DNA of 64,000 bases from Azolla caroliniana. Taxonomy: Eukaryota > Plantae > Polypodiophyta. Location of the stretch: the NCBI GenBank assembly GCA_043228905.1, contig JBHGNT010000002.1:62001-126000 (forward strand), read 5' to 3'. Made by a program: the position numbers and the translations under genes. Shown piece by piece: positions 51,675 to 64,000 of the stretch (its first letter is position 1; every line of letters starts with the position of its first letter). Below the pieces are notes generated by a model, which was given only the letters and a program-made list of their open reading frames with translations, searched no databases and had not been told where the DNA came from.

Positions 51675-54600
51675 TTGTTAGCTTCGATTCGCATGTTTGA
51701 ACACAAAAATCCGATATCACACGAGCCAGATATGAACATTTTAATTTACTCAAGGGCTACTCTCAACTCACTACTCATGTTTGCTAATTTCGTCATGTCT
51801 CTCGAACTGAGTTTCAAAATCTTGATTTTTCAATACCATATCATAGCTGGCGTTGTTAGCTTCGATTCACATGTTTGAACACAAAAATCCGATATCACAC
51901 AAACCAGGTATGAACATTTTAATTTACCCACTAGCTCTTCTGAACTCACTCCTCAAATTTGGTATTTTCGTCATGTCTCTCGACCTGAGTTTCAAAATAT
52001 TGATTTTTGAATTCCATATCATAGCTAGCGTTGTTAGCTTCGATTCGCATATTTGAACACAAAAATCCGATATCACACGAGCCAGGTATGAACATTTTAA
52101 TTTACTCAAGGGCTCCTATCAACTCACTCCTCAAATTTGGTAATCGAATCATGTCTCTCGACCTGAGTTTCAAAATCTTCATTTTTTAAAATCCATATCA
52201 TAGCTAGCGTTGTTAGCTTCGATTCACATGTTTGAACACAAAAATCCGATATCACACGAGCCAGGTATGAACATTTTCCTTTACCCACTAGCTCTTCTCA
52301 ACTCACTACTCATGTTTGCTAATTTCGTCCTGTCTCTCGAACTGAGTTTCAAAATCTTGATTTTTGAATTCCATATCATAGCTAGCGTTGTTAGCTTCGA
52401 TTCGCATGTTTGAACACAAAAATCCGATATCACACGAGCCAGGTATGAATATTTTAATTTACTCAAGGGCTCCTCTCAACTCACTCCTCAAATTTGGTAA
52501 TGTCATCATGTCTCTCGACCTGAGTTTCAAAATCTTGATTTTTGAATTCCATATCATGGCTAGCGTTGTTATCTTCGATTCGCATGTTTGAACACAAAAA
52601 TCCGATATCACACAAGCCAGGTATGAACATTTTAATTCATCTACTAGCTCTTCTCAACTCACTCCTTAAATTTGGTAATTTCATCATGTCTCTCGACCTG
52701 AGTTTCAAAATCTTGATTTTTTAATTCCATATGATAGCTAGCGTTGTTAGCTTCGATTCGCATGTTTGAACACAAAAATCCGATATTACACGAGCCAGGT
52801 ATGAACATTTTAATTTACTCAAGGGCTCCTCTCAACTCACTACTCATGTTTGCTAATTTCGTCATGTCTCTCGACCGGAGTTTCAAAATCTTGATTTTTG
52901 AATTCCATATCATAGCTAGCGTTGTTAGCTTCGATTCGCATGTTTGAACACAAAAATCCGATATCACACAAGCCAGGTATGAACATTTTTATTTACCTAC
53001 TAGCTCTTCTCAACTCACTCCTTAAATTTGGTAATTTCGTCATGTCGCTCGACCTGAGTTTCAAAATCTTGATTTTTTAATTCCATATCATAGCTAGCGT
53101 TGTTAGCTTCGATTCGCATGTTTGAACACAAATATCCGATATTACACGAGCCAGGTATGAATATTTTAATTTACTCAAGGGCTCCTCTCAACTCACTCCT
53201 CAAATTTGGTAATTTCGTCATGTCTGTCGACCTGAGTTTCAAAATCTTGATTTTTCAATTCCATATCATAGCTAGCGTTGTTAGCTTCGATTCGCATGTT
53301 TGAACACAAAAATCCGATATCACACGAGCCAGGTATGAACATTTTCATTTACCCACTAGATCTTCTCAACTCACTCCTCAAATTTGGTAATTTCGTCATG
53401 TCTCTCGACTTGAGTTTCAAAATCTTGATTTTTTAATTCGATATCATAGCTAGCGTTGTTAGCTTCGATTCGCATGTTTGAACACAAAAATCCGATATTA
53501 CACGAGCTAGGTATGAACATTTTAATTTACTCAAGGGCTCCTCTCAACTCACTACTCATGTTTGCTAATTTCGTCATGTCTCTCGACCGGAGTTTCAAAA
53601 TCTTGATTTTTGAATTTCATATCATAGCTAGCGTTGTTAGCTTCGATTCGCATGTTTGAACACAAAAATCCGATATCACACGAGCCAGGTATGAACATTT
53701 TCATTTACTCAAGGGCTCCTCTCAACTCGCTCCTCATGTTTGCTAATTTTGTCATGTCTCTCGACCTGAGATTCAAAATCTTGATTTATCAATTCCATAT
53801 CATAGTTAGCGTTGTTAGCTTCGATTCGCATGTTTGAACACAAAAATCCGATATCACACGAGCCAGGTATGAACATTTTCCTTTATCCACTAGCTCTTCT
53901 CAACTCACTCCTAAAATTTGGTAATTTCGTCATGTCTCTCGACCTGAGTTTCAAAATCTTGATTTTTTAATTCCATATCATAGCTAGCGTTGTTAGCTTC
54001 GATTCGCATGTTTGAACACAAAAATCCGATATCACACGAGCCAGATATGAACATTTTAATTTACTCAAGGGCTACTCTCAACTCACTACTCATGTTTGCT
54101 AATTTCGTCATGTCTCTCGAACTGAGTTTCAAAATCTTGATTTTTCAATACCATATCATAGCTGGCGTTGTTAGCTTCGATTCACATGTTTGAACATAAA
54201 AATCCGATATCCCACGAGCCAGGTATGAACATTTTAATTTACTCAAGGGCTCCTCTCAACTCACTACTCATGTTTGCTAATTTCGTCCTGTCTCTCGAAC
54301 TGAGTTTCAAAATCTTCATTTTTTAAAATCCATATCATAGCTAGCGTTGTTAGCTTCGATTCACATGTTTGAACACAAAAATCCGATATCACACGAGCCA
54401 GGTATGAACATTTTCATTTACCCACTAGATCTTCTCAACTCACTCCTCAAATTTGGTAATTTCGTCATGTCTCTCGACCTGAGTTTCAAAATCTTGATTT
54501 TTTAATTCGATATCATAGCTAGCGTTGTTAGCTTCGATTCGCATGTTTGAACACAAAAATCCGATATCACACGAGCCAGATATGAACATTTTAATTTACT

Positions 54601-57600
54601 CAAGGGCTACTCTCAACTCACTACTCATGTTTGCTAATTTCGTCATGTCTCTCGAACTGAGTTTCAAAATCTTGATTTTTCAATACCATATCATAGCTGG
54701 CGTTGTTAGCTTCGATTCACATGTTTGAACATAAAAATCCGATATCCCACGAGCCAGGTATGAACATTTTAATTTACTCAAGGGCTCCTCTCAACTCACT
54801 ACTCATGTTTGCTAATTTCGTCCTGTCTCTCGAACTGAGTTTCAAAATATTGATTTTTGAATTCCATATCATAGCTAGCGTTGTTAGCTTCGATTCGCAT
54901 ATTTGAACACAAAAATCCGATATCACACGAGCCAGGTATGAACATTTTAATTTACTCAAGGGCTCCTATCAACTCACTCCTCAAATTTGGTAATTGAATC
55001 ATGTCTCTCGACCTGAGTTTCAAAATCTTCATTTTTTAAAATCCATATCATAGCTAGCGTTGTTAGCTTCGATTCACATGTTTGAACACAAAAATCCGAT
55101 ATCACACGAGCCAGGTATGAACATTTTCCTTTACCCACTAGCTCTTCTCAACTCACTACTCATGTTTGCAAATTTCGTCCTGTCTCTCGAACTGAGTTTC
55201 AAAATCTTGATTTTTGAATTCCATATCATAGCTAGCGTTGTTAGCTTCGATTCGCATCTTTGAACACAAAAATCCGATATCACACGAGCCAGGTATGAAT
55301 ATTTTAATTTACTCAAGGGCTCCTCTCAACTCACTCCTCAAATTTGGTAATGTCATCATGTCTCTCGACCTGAGTTTCAAAATCTTGATTTTTGAATTCC
55401 ATATCATGGCTAGCGTTGTTATCTTCGATTCGCATGTTTGAACACAAAAATCCGATACCACACGAGCCAGGTATGAACATTTTCATTTACTCAAGGGCTC
55501 CTCTCTACTCACTACTCATGTTTGGTAATTTAATCATGTCTCTCGAACCAGGTATGAACATTTTCATTTACCCACTAGCTCTTCTCAACTCACTCCTCAA
55601 ATTTGGTATTTTCGTCATGTCTCTAGACCTGAGTTTCAAAATCTTGAATTTTCAAATCCATATCATGGCTAGCGTTGTTAGCTTCGATTCGCATGTTTGA
55701 ACACAAAAATCCGATATCACACAAGCCAGGTATGAACATTTTTATTTACCTACTAGCTCTTCTCAACTCACTCCTTAAATTTGGTAATTTCGTCATGTCG
55801 CTCGACCTGAGTTTCAAAATCTTGATTTTTTAATTCCATATCATAGCTAGCGTTGTTAGCTTCGATTCGCATGTTTGAACACAAATATCCGATATTACAC
55901 GAGCCAGGTATGAATATTTTAATTTACTCAAGGGCTCCTCTCAACTCACTCCTCAAATTTGGTAATGTCATCATGTCTCTTGACCTGAGTTTCAAAATCT
56001 TGATTTTTGAATTCCATATCATGGCTAGCGTTGTTATCTTCGATTCGCATGTTTGAACACAAAAATCCGATACCACACGAGCCAGGTATGAACATTTTCA
56101 TTTACTCAAGGGCTCCTCTCTACTCACTACTCATGTTTGGTAATTTAATCATGTCTCTCGAACCAGGTATGAACATTTTCATTTACCCACTAGCTCTTCT
56201 CAACTCACTCCTCAAATTTGGTATTTTCGTCATGTCTCTAGACCTGAGTTTCAAAATCTTGAATTTTCAAATCCATATCATGGCTAGCGTTGTTAGCTTC
56301 GATTCACATGTTTGAACACAAAAATCCGATATCACACAAACCAGGTATGAACATTTTAATTTACCCACTAGCTCTTCTGAACTCACTCCTCAAATTTGGT
56401 ATTTTCGTCATGTCTCTCGACCTGAGTTTCAAAATCTTGATTTTTTAATTCCATATCATAGCTAGCGTTGTTAGCTTCGATTCGCATGTTTGAACACAAA
56501 AATCCGATATTACACGAGCCAGGTATGAACATTTTCATTTACTCAAGGGCTCCTCTCAACTCACTCCTCAAATTTGGTAATTTCGTCATGTCTGTCGACC
56601 TGAGTTTCAAAATCTTGATTTTTCAATTCCATATCATAGCTAGCGTTGTTAGCTTCGATTCGCATGTTTGAACACAAAAATCCGATATCACACGAGCCAG
56701 GTATGAACATTTTCATTTACCCACTAGATCTTCTCAACTCACTCCTCAAATTTGGTAATTTCGTCATGTCTCTCGACTTGAGTTTCAAAATCTTGATTTT
56801 TTAATTCGATATCATAGCTAGCGTTGTTAGCTTCGATTCGCATGTTTGAACACAAAAATCCGATATCACACGAGCCAGATATGAACATTTTAATTTACTC
56901 AAGGGCTACTCTCAACTCACTACTCATGTTTGCTAATTTCGTCATGTCTCTCGAACTGAGTTTCAAAATCTTGATTTTTCAATACCATATCATAGCTGGC
57001 GTTGTTAGCTTCGATTCACATGTTTGAACACAAAAATCCGATATCACACAAACCAGGTATGAACATTTTAATTTACCCACTAGCTCTTCTGAACTCACTC
57101 CTCAAATTTGGTATTTTCGTCATGTCTCTCGACCTGAGTTTCAAAATATTGATTTTTGAATTCCATATCATAGCTAGCGTTGTTAGCTTCGATTCGCATA
57201 TTTGAACACAAAAATCCGATATCACACGAGCCAGGTATGAACATTTTAATTTACTCAAGGGCTCCTATCAACTCACTCCTCAAATTTGGTAATCGAATCA
57301 TGTCTCTCGACCTGAGTTTCAAAATCTTCATTTTTTAAAATCCATATCATAGCTAGCGTTGTTAGCTTCGATTCACATGTTTGAACACAAAAATCCGATA
57401 TCACACGAGCCAGGTATGAACATTTTCCTTTACCCACTAGCTCTTCTCAACTCACTACTCATGTTTGCTAATTTCGTCCTGTCTCTCGAACTGAGTTTCA
57501 AAATCTTGATTTTTGAATTCCATATCATAGCTAGCGTTGTTAGCTTCGATTCGCATGTTTGAACACAAAAATCCGATATCACACGAGCCAGGTATGAATA

Positions 57601-60600
57601 TTTTAATTTACTCAAGGGCTCCTCTCAACTCACTCCTCAAATTTGGTAATGTCATCATGTCTCTCGACCTGAGTTTCAAAATCTTGATTTTTGAATTCCA
57701 TATCATGGCTAGCGTTGTTATCTTCGATTCGCATGTTTGAACACAAAAATCCGATATCACACAAGCCAGGTATGAACATTTTAATTCACCTACTAGCTCT
57801 TCTCAACTCACTCCTTAAATTTGGTAATTTCATCATGTCTCTCGACCTGAGTTTCAAAATCTTGATTTTTTAATTCCATATCATAGCTAGCGTTGTTAGC
57901 TTCGATTCGCATGTTTGAACACAAAAATCCGATATTACACGAGCCAGGTATGAACATTTTAATTTACTCAAGGGCTCCTCTCAACTCACTACTCATGTTT
58001 GCTAATTTCGTCATGTCTCTCGACCGGAGTTTCAAAATCTTGATTTTTGAATTCCATATCATAGCTAGCGTTGTTAGCTTCGATTCGCATGTTTGAACAC
58101 AAAAATCCGATATCACACAAGCCAGGTATGAACATTTTTATTTACCTACTAGCTCTTCTCAACTCACTCCTTAAATTTGGTAATTTCGTCATGTCGCTCG
58201 ACCTGAGTTTCAAAATCTTGATTTTTTAATTCCATATCATAGCTAGCGTTGTTAGCTTCGATTCGCATGTTTGAACACAAATATCCGATATTACACGAGC
58301 CAGGTATGAATATTTTAATTTACTCAAGGGCTCCTCTCAACTCACTCCTCAAATTTGGTAATTTCGTCATGTCTGTCGACCTGAGTTTCAAAATCTTGAT
58401 TTTTCAATTCCATATCATAGCTAGCGTTGTTAGCTTCGATTCGCATGTTTGAACACAAAAATCCGATATCACACGAGCCAGGTATGAACATTTTCATTTA
58501 CCCACTAGATCTTCTCAACTCACTCCTCAAATTTGGTAATTTCGTCATGTCTCTCGACTTGAGTTTCAAAATCTTGATTTTTTAATTCGATATCATAGCT
58601 AGCGTTGTTAGCTTCGATTCGCATGTTTGAACACAAAAATCCGATATTACACGAGCTAGGTATGAACATTTTCATTTACTCAAGGGCTCCTCTCAACTCA
58701 CTACTCATGTTTGCTAATTTCGTCATGTCTCTCGACCGGAGTTTCAAAATCTTGATTTTTGAATTTCATATCATAGCTAGCGTTGTTAGCTTCGATTCGC
58801 ATGTTTGAACACAAAAATCCGATATCACACGAGCCAGGTATGAACATTTTCATTTACTCAAGGGCTCCTCTCAACTCGCTCCTCATGTTTGCTAATTTTG
58901 TCATGTCTCTCGACCTGAGATTCAAAATCTTGATTTATCAATTCCATATCATAGTTAGCGTTGTTAGCTTCGATTCGCATGTTTGAACACAAAAATCCGA
59001 TATCACACGAGCCAGGTATGAACATTTTCCTTTATCCACTAGCTCTTCTCAACTCACTCCTAAAATTTGGTAATTTCGTCATGTCTCTCGACCTGAGTTT
59101 CAAAATCTTGATTTTTTAATTCCATATCATAGCTAGCGTTGTTAGCTTCGATTCGCATGTTTGAACACAAAAATCCGATATCACACGAGCCAGATATGAA
59201 CATTTTAATTTACTCAAGGGCTACTCTCAACTCACTACTCATGTTTGCTAATTTCGTCATGTCTCTCGAACTGAGTTTCAAAATCTTGATTTTTCAATAC
59301 CATATCATAGCTGGCGTTGTTAGCTTCGATTCACATGTTTGAAAATAAAAATCCGATATCCCACGAGCCAGGTATGAACATTTTAATTTACTCAAGGGCT
59401 CCTCTCAACTCACTACTCATGTTTGCTAATTTCGTCCTGTCTCTCGAACTGAGTTTCAAAATCTTCATTTTTTAAAATCCATATCATAGCTAGCGTTGTT
59501 AGCTTCGATTCACATGTTTGAACACAAAAATCCGATATCACACGAGCCAGGTATGAACATTTTCATTTACCCACTAGATCTTCTCAACTCACTCCTCAAA
59601 TTTGGTAATTTCGTCATGTCTCTCGACCTGAGTTTCAAAATCTTGATTTTTTAATTCGATATCATAGCTAGCGTTGTTAGCTTCGATTCGCATGTTTGAA
59701 CACAAAAATCCGATATCACACGAGCCAGATATGAACATTTTAATTTACTCAAGGGCTACTCTCAACTCACTACTCATGTTTGCTAATTTCGTCATGTCTC
59801 TCGAACTGAGTTTCAAAATCTTGATTTTTCAATACCATATCATAGCTGGCGTTGTTAGCTTCGATTCACATGTTTGAACATAAAAATCCGATATCCCACG
59901 AGCCAGGTATGAACATTTTAATTTACTCAAGGGCTCCTCTCAACTCACTACTCATGTTTGCTAATTTCGTCCTGTCTCTCGAACTGAGTTTCAAAATATT
60001 GATTTTTGAATTCCATATCATAGCTAGCGTTGTTAGCTTCGATTCGCATATTTGAACACAAAAATCCGATATCACACGAGCCAGGTATGAACATTTTAAT
60101 TTACTCAAGGGCTCCTATCAACTCACTCCTCAAATTTGGTAATTGAATCATGTCTCTCGACCTGAGTTTCAAAATCTTCATTTTTTAAAATCCATATCAT
60201 AGCTAGCGTTGTTAGCTTCGATTCACATGTTTGAACACAAAAATCCGATATCACACGAGCCAGGTATGAACATTTTCCTTTACCCACTAGCTCTTCTCAA
60301 CTCACTACTCATGTTTGCAAATTTCGTCCTGTCTCTCGAACTGAGTTTCAAAATCTTGATTTTTGAATTCCATATCATAGCTAGCGTTGTTAGCTTCGAT
60401 TCGCATCTTTGAACACAAAAATCCGATATCACACGAGCCAGGTATGAATATTTTAATTTACTCAAGGGCTCCTCTCAACTCACTCCTCAAATTTGGTAAT
60501 GTCATCATGTCTCTCGACCTGAGTTTCAAAATCTTGATTTTTGAATTCCATATCATGGCTAGCGTTGTTATCTTCGATTCGCATGTTTGAACACAAAAAT

Positions 60601-60810
60601 CCGATACCACACGAGCCAGGTATGAACATTTTCATTTACTCAAGGGCTCCTCTCTACTCACTACTCATGTTTGGTAATTTAATCATGTCTCTCGAACCAG
60701 GTATGAACATTTTCATTTACCCACTAGCTCTTCTCAACTCACTCCTCAAATTTGGTATTTTCGTCATGTCTCTAGACCTGAGTTTCAAAATCTTGAATTT
60801 TCAAATCCAT
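51675..60810 (+). repeat. 28-monomer tandem duplication, 5149-bp period
   Basis: Pairs at +5149: 51675/56824, 51853/57002, 52542/57691 (private 'ILIHLL' variant), 53100/58249, 53990/59139, 55392/60541. 5149 = 2x259+23x178+3x179. Confidence 0.92.
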
Positions 60811-63750
60811 ATCATAGCTAGCGTTGTTAGCTTCGATTCGCATGTTTGAACACAAAAATCCGATATTACACGAGCCAGGTATGAACATTTTAATTTACTC
60901 AAGGGCTCCTCTCAACTCACTACTCATGTTTGCTAATTTCGTCATGTCTCTCGACCGGAGTTTCAAAATCTTGATTTTTGAATTCCATATCATAGCTAGT
61001 GTTGTTAGCTTCGATTCGCATGTTTGAACACAAAAATCCGATATCACACAAGCCAGGTATGAACATTTTTATTTACCTACTAGCTCTTCTCAACTCACTC
61101 CTTAAATTTGGTAATTTCGTCATGTCGCTCGACCTGAGTTTCAAAATCTTGATTTTTTAATTCCATATCATAGCTAGCGTTGTTAGCTTCGATTCGCATG
61201 TTTGAACACAAATATCCGATATTACACGAGCCAGGTATGAATATTTTAATTTACTCAAGGGCTCCTCTCAACTCACTCCTCAAATTTGGTAATTTCGTCA
61301 TGTCTGTCGACCTGAGTTTCAAAATCTTGATTTTTCAATTCCATATCATAGCTAGCGTTGTTAGCTTCGATTCGCATGTTTGAACACAAAAATCCGATAT
61401 CACACGAGCCAGGTATGAACATTTTCATTTACCCACTAGATCTTCTCAACTCACTCCTCAAATTTGGTAATTTCGTCATGTCTCTCGACTTGAGTTTCAA
61501 AATCTTGATTTTTTAATTCGATATCATAGCTAGCGTTGTTAGCTTCGATTCGCATGTTTGAACACAAAAATCCGATATTACACGAGCTAGGTATGAACAT
61601 TTTCATTTACTCAAGGGCTCCTCTCAACTCACTACTCATGTTTGCTAATTTCGTCATGTCTCTCGACCGGAGTTTCAAAATCTTGATTTTTGAATTTCAT
61701 ATCATAGCTAGCGTTGTTAGCTTCGATTCGCATGTTTGAACACAAAAATCCGATATCACACGAGCCAGGTATGAACATTTTCATTTACTCAAGGGCTCCT
61801 CTCAACTCGCTCCTCATGTTTGCTAATTTTGTCATGTCTCTCGACCTGAGATTCAAAATCTTGATTTATCAATTCCATATCATAGTTAGCGTTGTTAGCT
61901 TCGATTCGCATGTTTGAACACAAAAATCCGATATCACACGAGCCAGGTATGAACATTTTCCTTTATCCACTAGCTCTTCTCAACTCACTCCTAAAATTTG
62001 GTAATTTCGTCATGTCTCTCGACCTGAGTTTCAAAATCTTGATTTTTTAATTCCATATCATAGCTAGCGTTGTTAGCTTCGATTCGCATGTTTGAACACA
62101 AAAATCCGATATCACACGAGCCAGATATGAACATTTTAATTTACTCAAGGGCTACTCTCAACTCACTACTCATGTTTGCTAATTTCGTCATGTCTCTCGA
62201 ACTGAGTTTCAAAATCTTGATTTTTCAATACCATATCATAGCTGGCGTTGTTAGCTTCGATTCACATGTTTGAAAATAAAAATCCGATATCCCACGAGCC
62301 AGGTATGAACATTTTAATTTACTCAAGGGCTCCTCTCAACTCACTACTCATGTTTGCTAATTTCGTCCTGTCTCTCGAACTGAGTTTCAAAATCTTCATT
62401 TTTTAAAATCCATATCATAGCTAGCGTTGTTAGCTTCGATTCACATGTTTGAACACAAAAATCCGATATCACACGAGCCAGGTATGAACATTTTCATTTA
62501 CCCACTAGATCTTCTCAACTCACTCCTCAAATTTGGTAATTTCGTCATGTCTCTCGACCTGAGTTTCAAAATCTTGATTTTTTAATTCGATATCATAGCT
62601 AGCGTTGTTAGCTTCGATTCGCATGTTTGAACACAAAAATCCGATATCACACGAGCCAGATATGAACATTTTAATTTACTCAAGGGCTACTCTCAACTCA
62701 CTACTCATGTTTGCTAATTTCGTCATGTCTCTCGAACTGAGTTTCAAAATCTTGATTTTTCAATACCATATCATAGCTGGCGTTGTTAGCTTCGATTCAC
62801 ATGTTTGAACATAAAAATCCGATATCCCACGAGCCAGGTATGAACATTTTAATTTACTCAAGGGCTCCTCTCAACTCACTACTCATGTTTGCTAATTTCG
62901 TCCTGTCTCTCGAACTGAGTTTCAAAATATTGATTTTTGAATTCCATATCATAGCTAGCGTTGTTAGCTTCGATTCGCATATTTGAACACAAAAATCCGA
63001 TATCACACGAGCCAGGTATGAACATTTTAATTTACTCAAGGGCTCCTATCAACTCACTCCTCAAATTTGGTAATTGAATCATGTCTCTCGACCTGAGTTT
63101 CAAAATCTTCATTTTTTAAAATCCATATCATAGCTAGCGTTGTTAGCTTCGATTCACATGTTTGAACACAAAAATCCGATATCACACGAGCCAGGTATGA
63201 ACATTTTCCTTTACCCACTAGCTCTTCTCAACTCACTACTCATGTTTGCAAATTTCGTCCTGTCTCTCGAACTGAGTTTCAAAATCTTGATTTTTGAATT
63301 CCATATCATAGCTAGCGTTGTTAGCTTCGATTCGCATCTTTGAACACAAAAATCCGATATCACACGAGCCAGGTATGAATATTTTAATTTACTCAAGGGC
63401 TCCTCTCAACTCACTCCTCAAATTTGGTAATGTCATCATGTCTCTCGACCTGAGTTTCAAAATCTTGATTTTTGAATTCCATATCATGGCTAGCGTTGTT
63501 ATCTTCGATTCGCATGTTTGAACACAAAAATCCGATACCACACGAGCCAGGTATGAACATTTTCATTTACTCAAGGGCTCCTCTCTACTCACTACTCATG
63601 TTTGGTAATTTAATCATGTCTCTCGAACCAGGTATGAACATTTTCATTTACCCACTAGCTCTTCTCAACTCACTCCTCAAATTTGGTATTTTCGTCATGT
63701 CTCTAGACCTGAGTTTCAAAATCTTGAATTTTCAAATCCATATCATGGCT
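57893..63750 (+). repeat. 16-monomer tandem duplication, 2931-bp period, nested in the second 5149-bp unit
   Basis: Pairs at +2931: 57893/60824, 58249/61180, 58605/61536, 59139/62070, 59852/62783, 60541/63472. The private SNP TGAAAATAAAAAT is at ~59340 and ~62271. Confidence 0.93.
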
Positions 63751-64000
63751 AGCGTTGTTAGCTTCGATTCGCATGTTTGAACACAAAAATCCGATATCAC
63801 ACAAGCCAGGTATGAACATTTTTATTTACCTACTAGCTCTTCTCAACTCACTCCTTAAATTTGGTAATTTCGTCATGTCGCTCGACCTGAGTTTCAAAAT
63901 CTTGATTTTTTAATTCCATATCATAGCTAGCGTTGTTAGCTTCGATTCGCATGTTTGAACACAAATATCCGATATTACACGAGCCAGGTATGAATATTTT

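Larger units (their letters stand above)
1..64000. repeat. Tandem satellite DNA array, ~178-bp monomer, ~350 copies, head-to-tail in one orientation; extends beyond both window edges
   Basis: The motif TAGCGTTGTTAGCTTCGATTCGCATGTTTGAACACAAAAATCCGATAT recurs every ~178 bp from start to end. ORF-track starts step by 178 (314, 492; 1203, 1381; 15128, 15306, 15484, 15662). No non-satellite sequence or inverted copy was seen. Centromeric/heterochromatic location is an inference from monomer size and array length. Confidence 0.99.

Noticed and set aside
314-63780. Hundreds of 60-126 aa ORFs (MLASIRMFEHKNP..., MSKLKCSYLARV...) resembling a tandem small-protein family
   Set aside because: They are translations of the satellite. 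178 is not a multiple of 3, so each ORF overlaps the next in a different frame. Most plus-strand ORFs start at TTG, many monomers carry stops or frameshifts, variants change amino acids freely, and I recognise no domain.
1-64000. CRISPR array or diversity-generating cassette array
   Set aside because: There are no unique spacers. The whole unit is repeated with only SNP-level variation, and no cas, recombinase or reverse transcriptase gene is present.
1-64000. Embedded transposon, LTR or telomeric-repeat insertion, or strand inversion
   Set aside because: Reading through the window, every segment is assignable to the monomer in the same orientation. All departures from 178-bp spacing are explained by +81, -68, -27, -5 or +/-1 bp variants.
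1-64000. A single regular higher-order repeat spanning the whole window
   Set aside because: Periods differ by region (713, 2571, 3177, 1684, 5149, 2931 bp) and each persists for only 2-3 copies.

Overview
The whole 64-kb window is one uninterrupted, head-to-tail, single-orientation tandem satellite array. The monomer is ~178 bp and ~38% GC (hand count of one copy), with roughly 350 copies. Representative consensus: TTGTTAGCTTCGATTCGCATGTTTGAACACAAAAATCCGATATCACACGAGCCAGGTATGAACATTTTAATTTACTCAAGGGCTCCTCTCAACTCACTACTCATGTTTGCTAATTTCGTCATGTCTCTCGACCTGAGTTTCAAAATCTTGATTTTTGAATTCCATATCATAGCTAGCG. I see no genes, RNA genes, transposon insertions, inversions or CRISPR. The 60-126 aa ORFs are by-products of the repeat. 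Nucleosome-scale monomer length, array size and recurrent CG>TG/CA variants point to methylated eukaryotic (centromeric, pericentromeric or other heterochromatic) satellite DNA, possibly plant. I cannot name the family or species. The informative content is the array architecture: (i) the monomer holds two diverged internal sub-repeats offset by 81 bp; (ii) a 259-bp chimeric monomer, fused exactly in that internal register, occurs 20 times; (iii) 5-, 27- and 68-bp deletions each sit at short microhomologies; (iv) local higher-order repeats and block duplications (periods 355, 535, 712/713, 1684, 2571, 2931, 3177, 5149 bp) are nested and can be partly ordered in time from private SNPs; (v) two bi-allelic multi-base blocks reassort in all four combinations. 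I did not find a novel coding system. All offsets were derived by hand from the sequence and ORF-track coordinates, and block boundaries are approximate.
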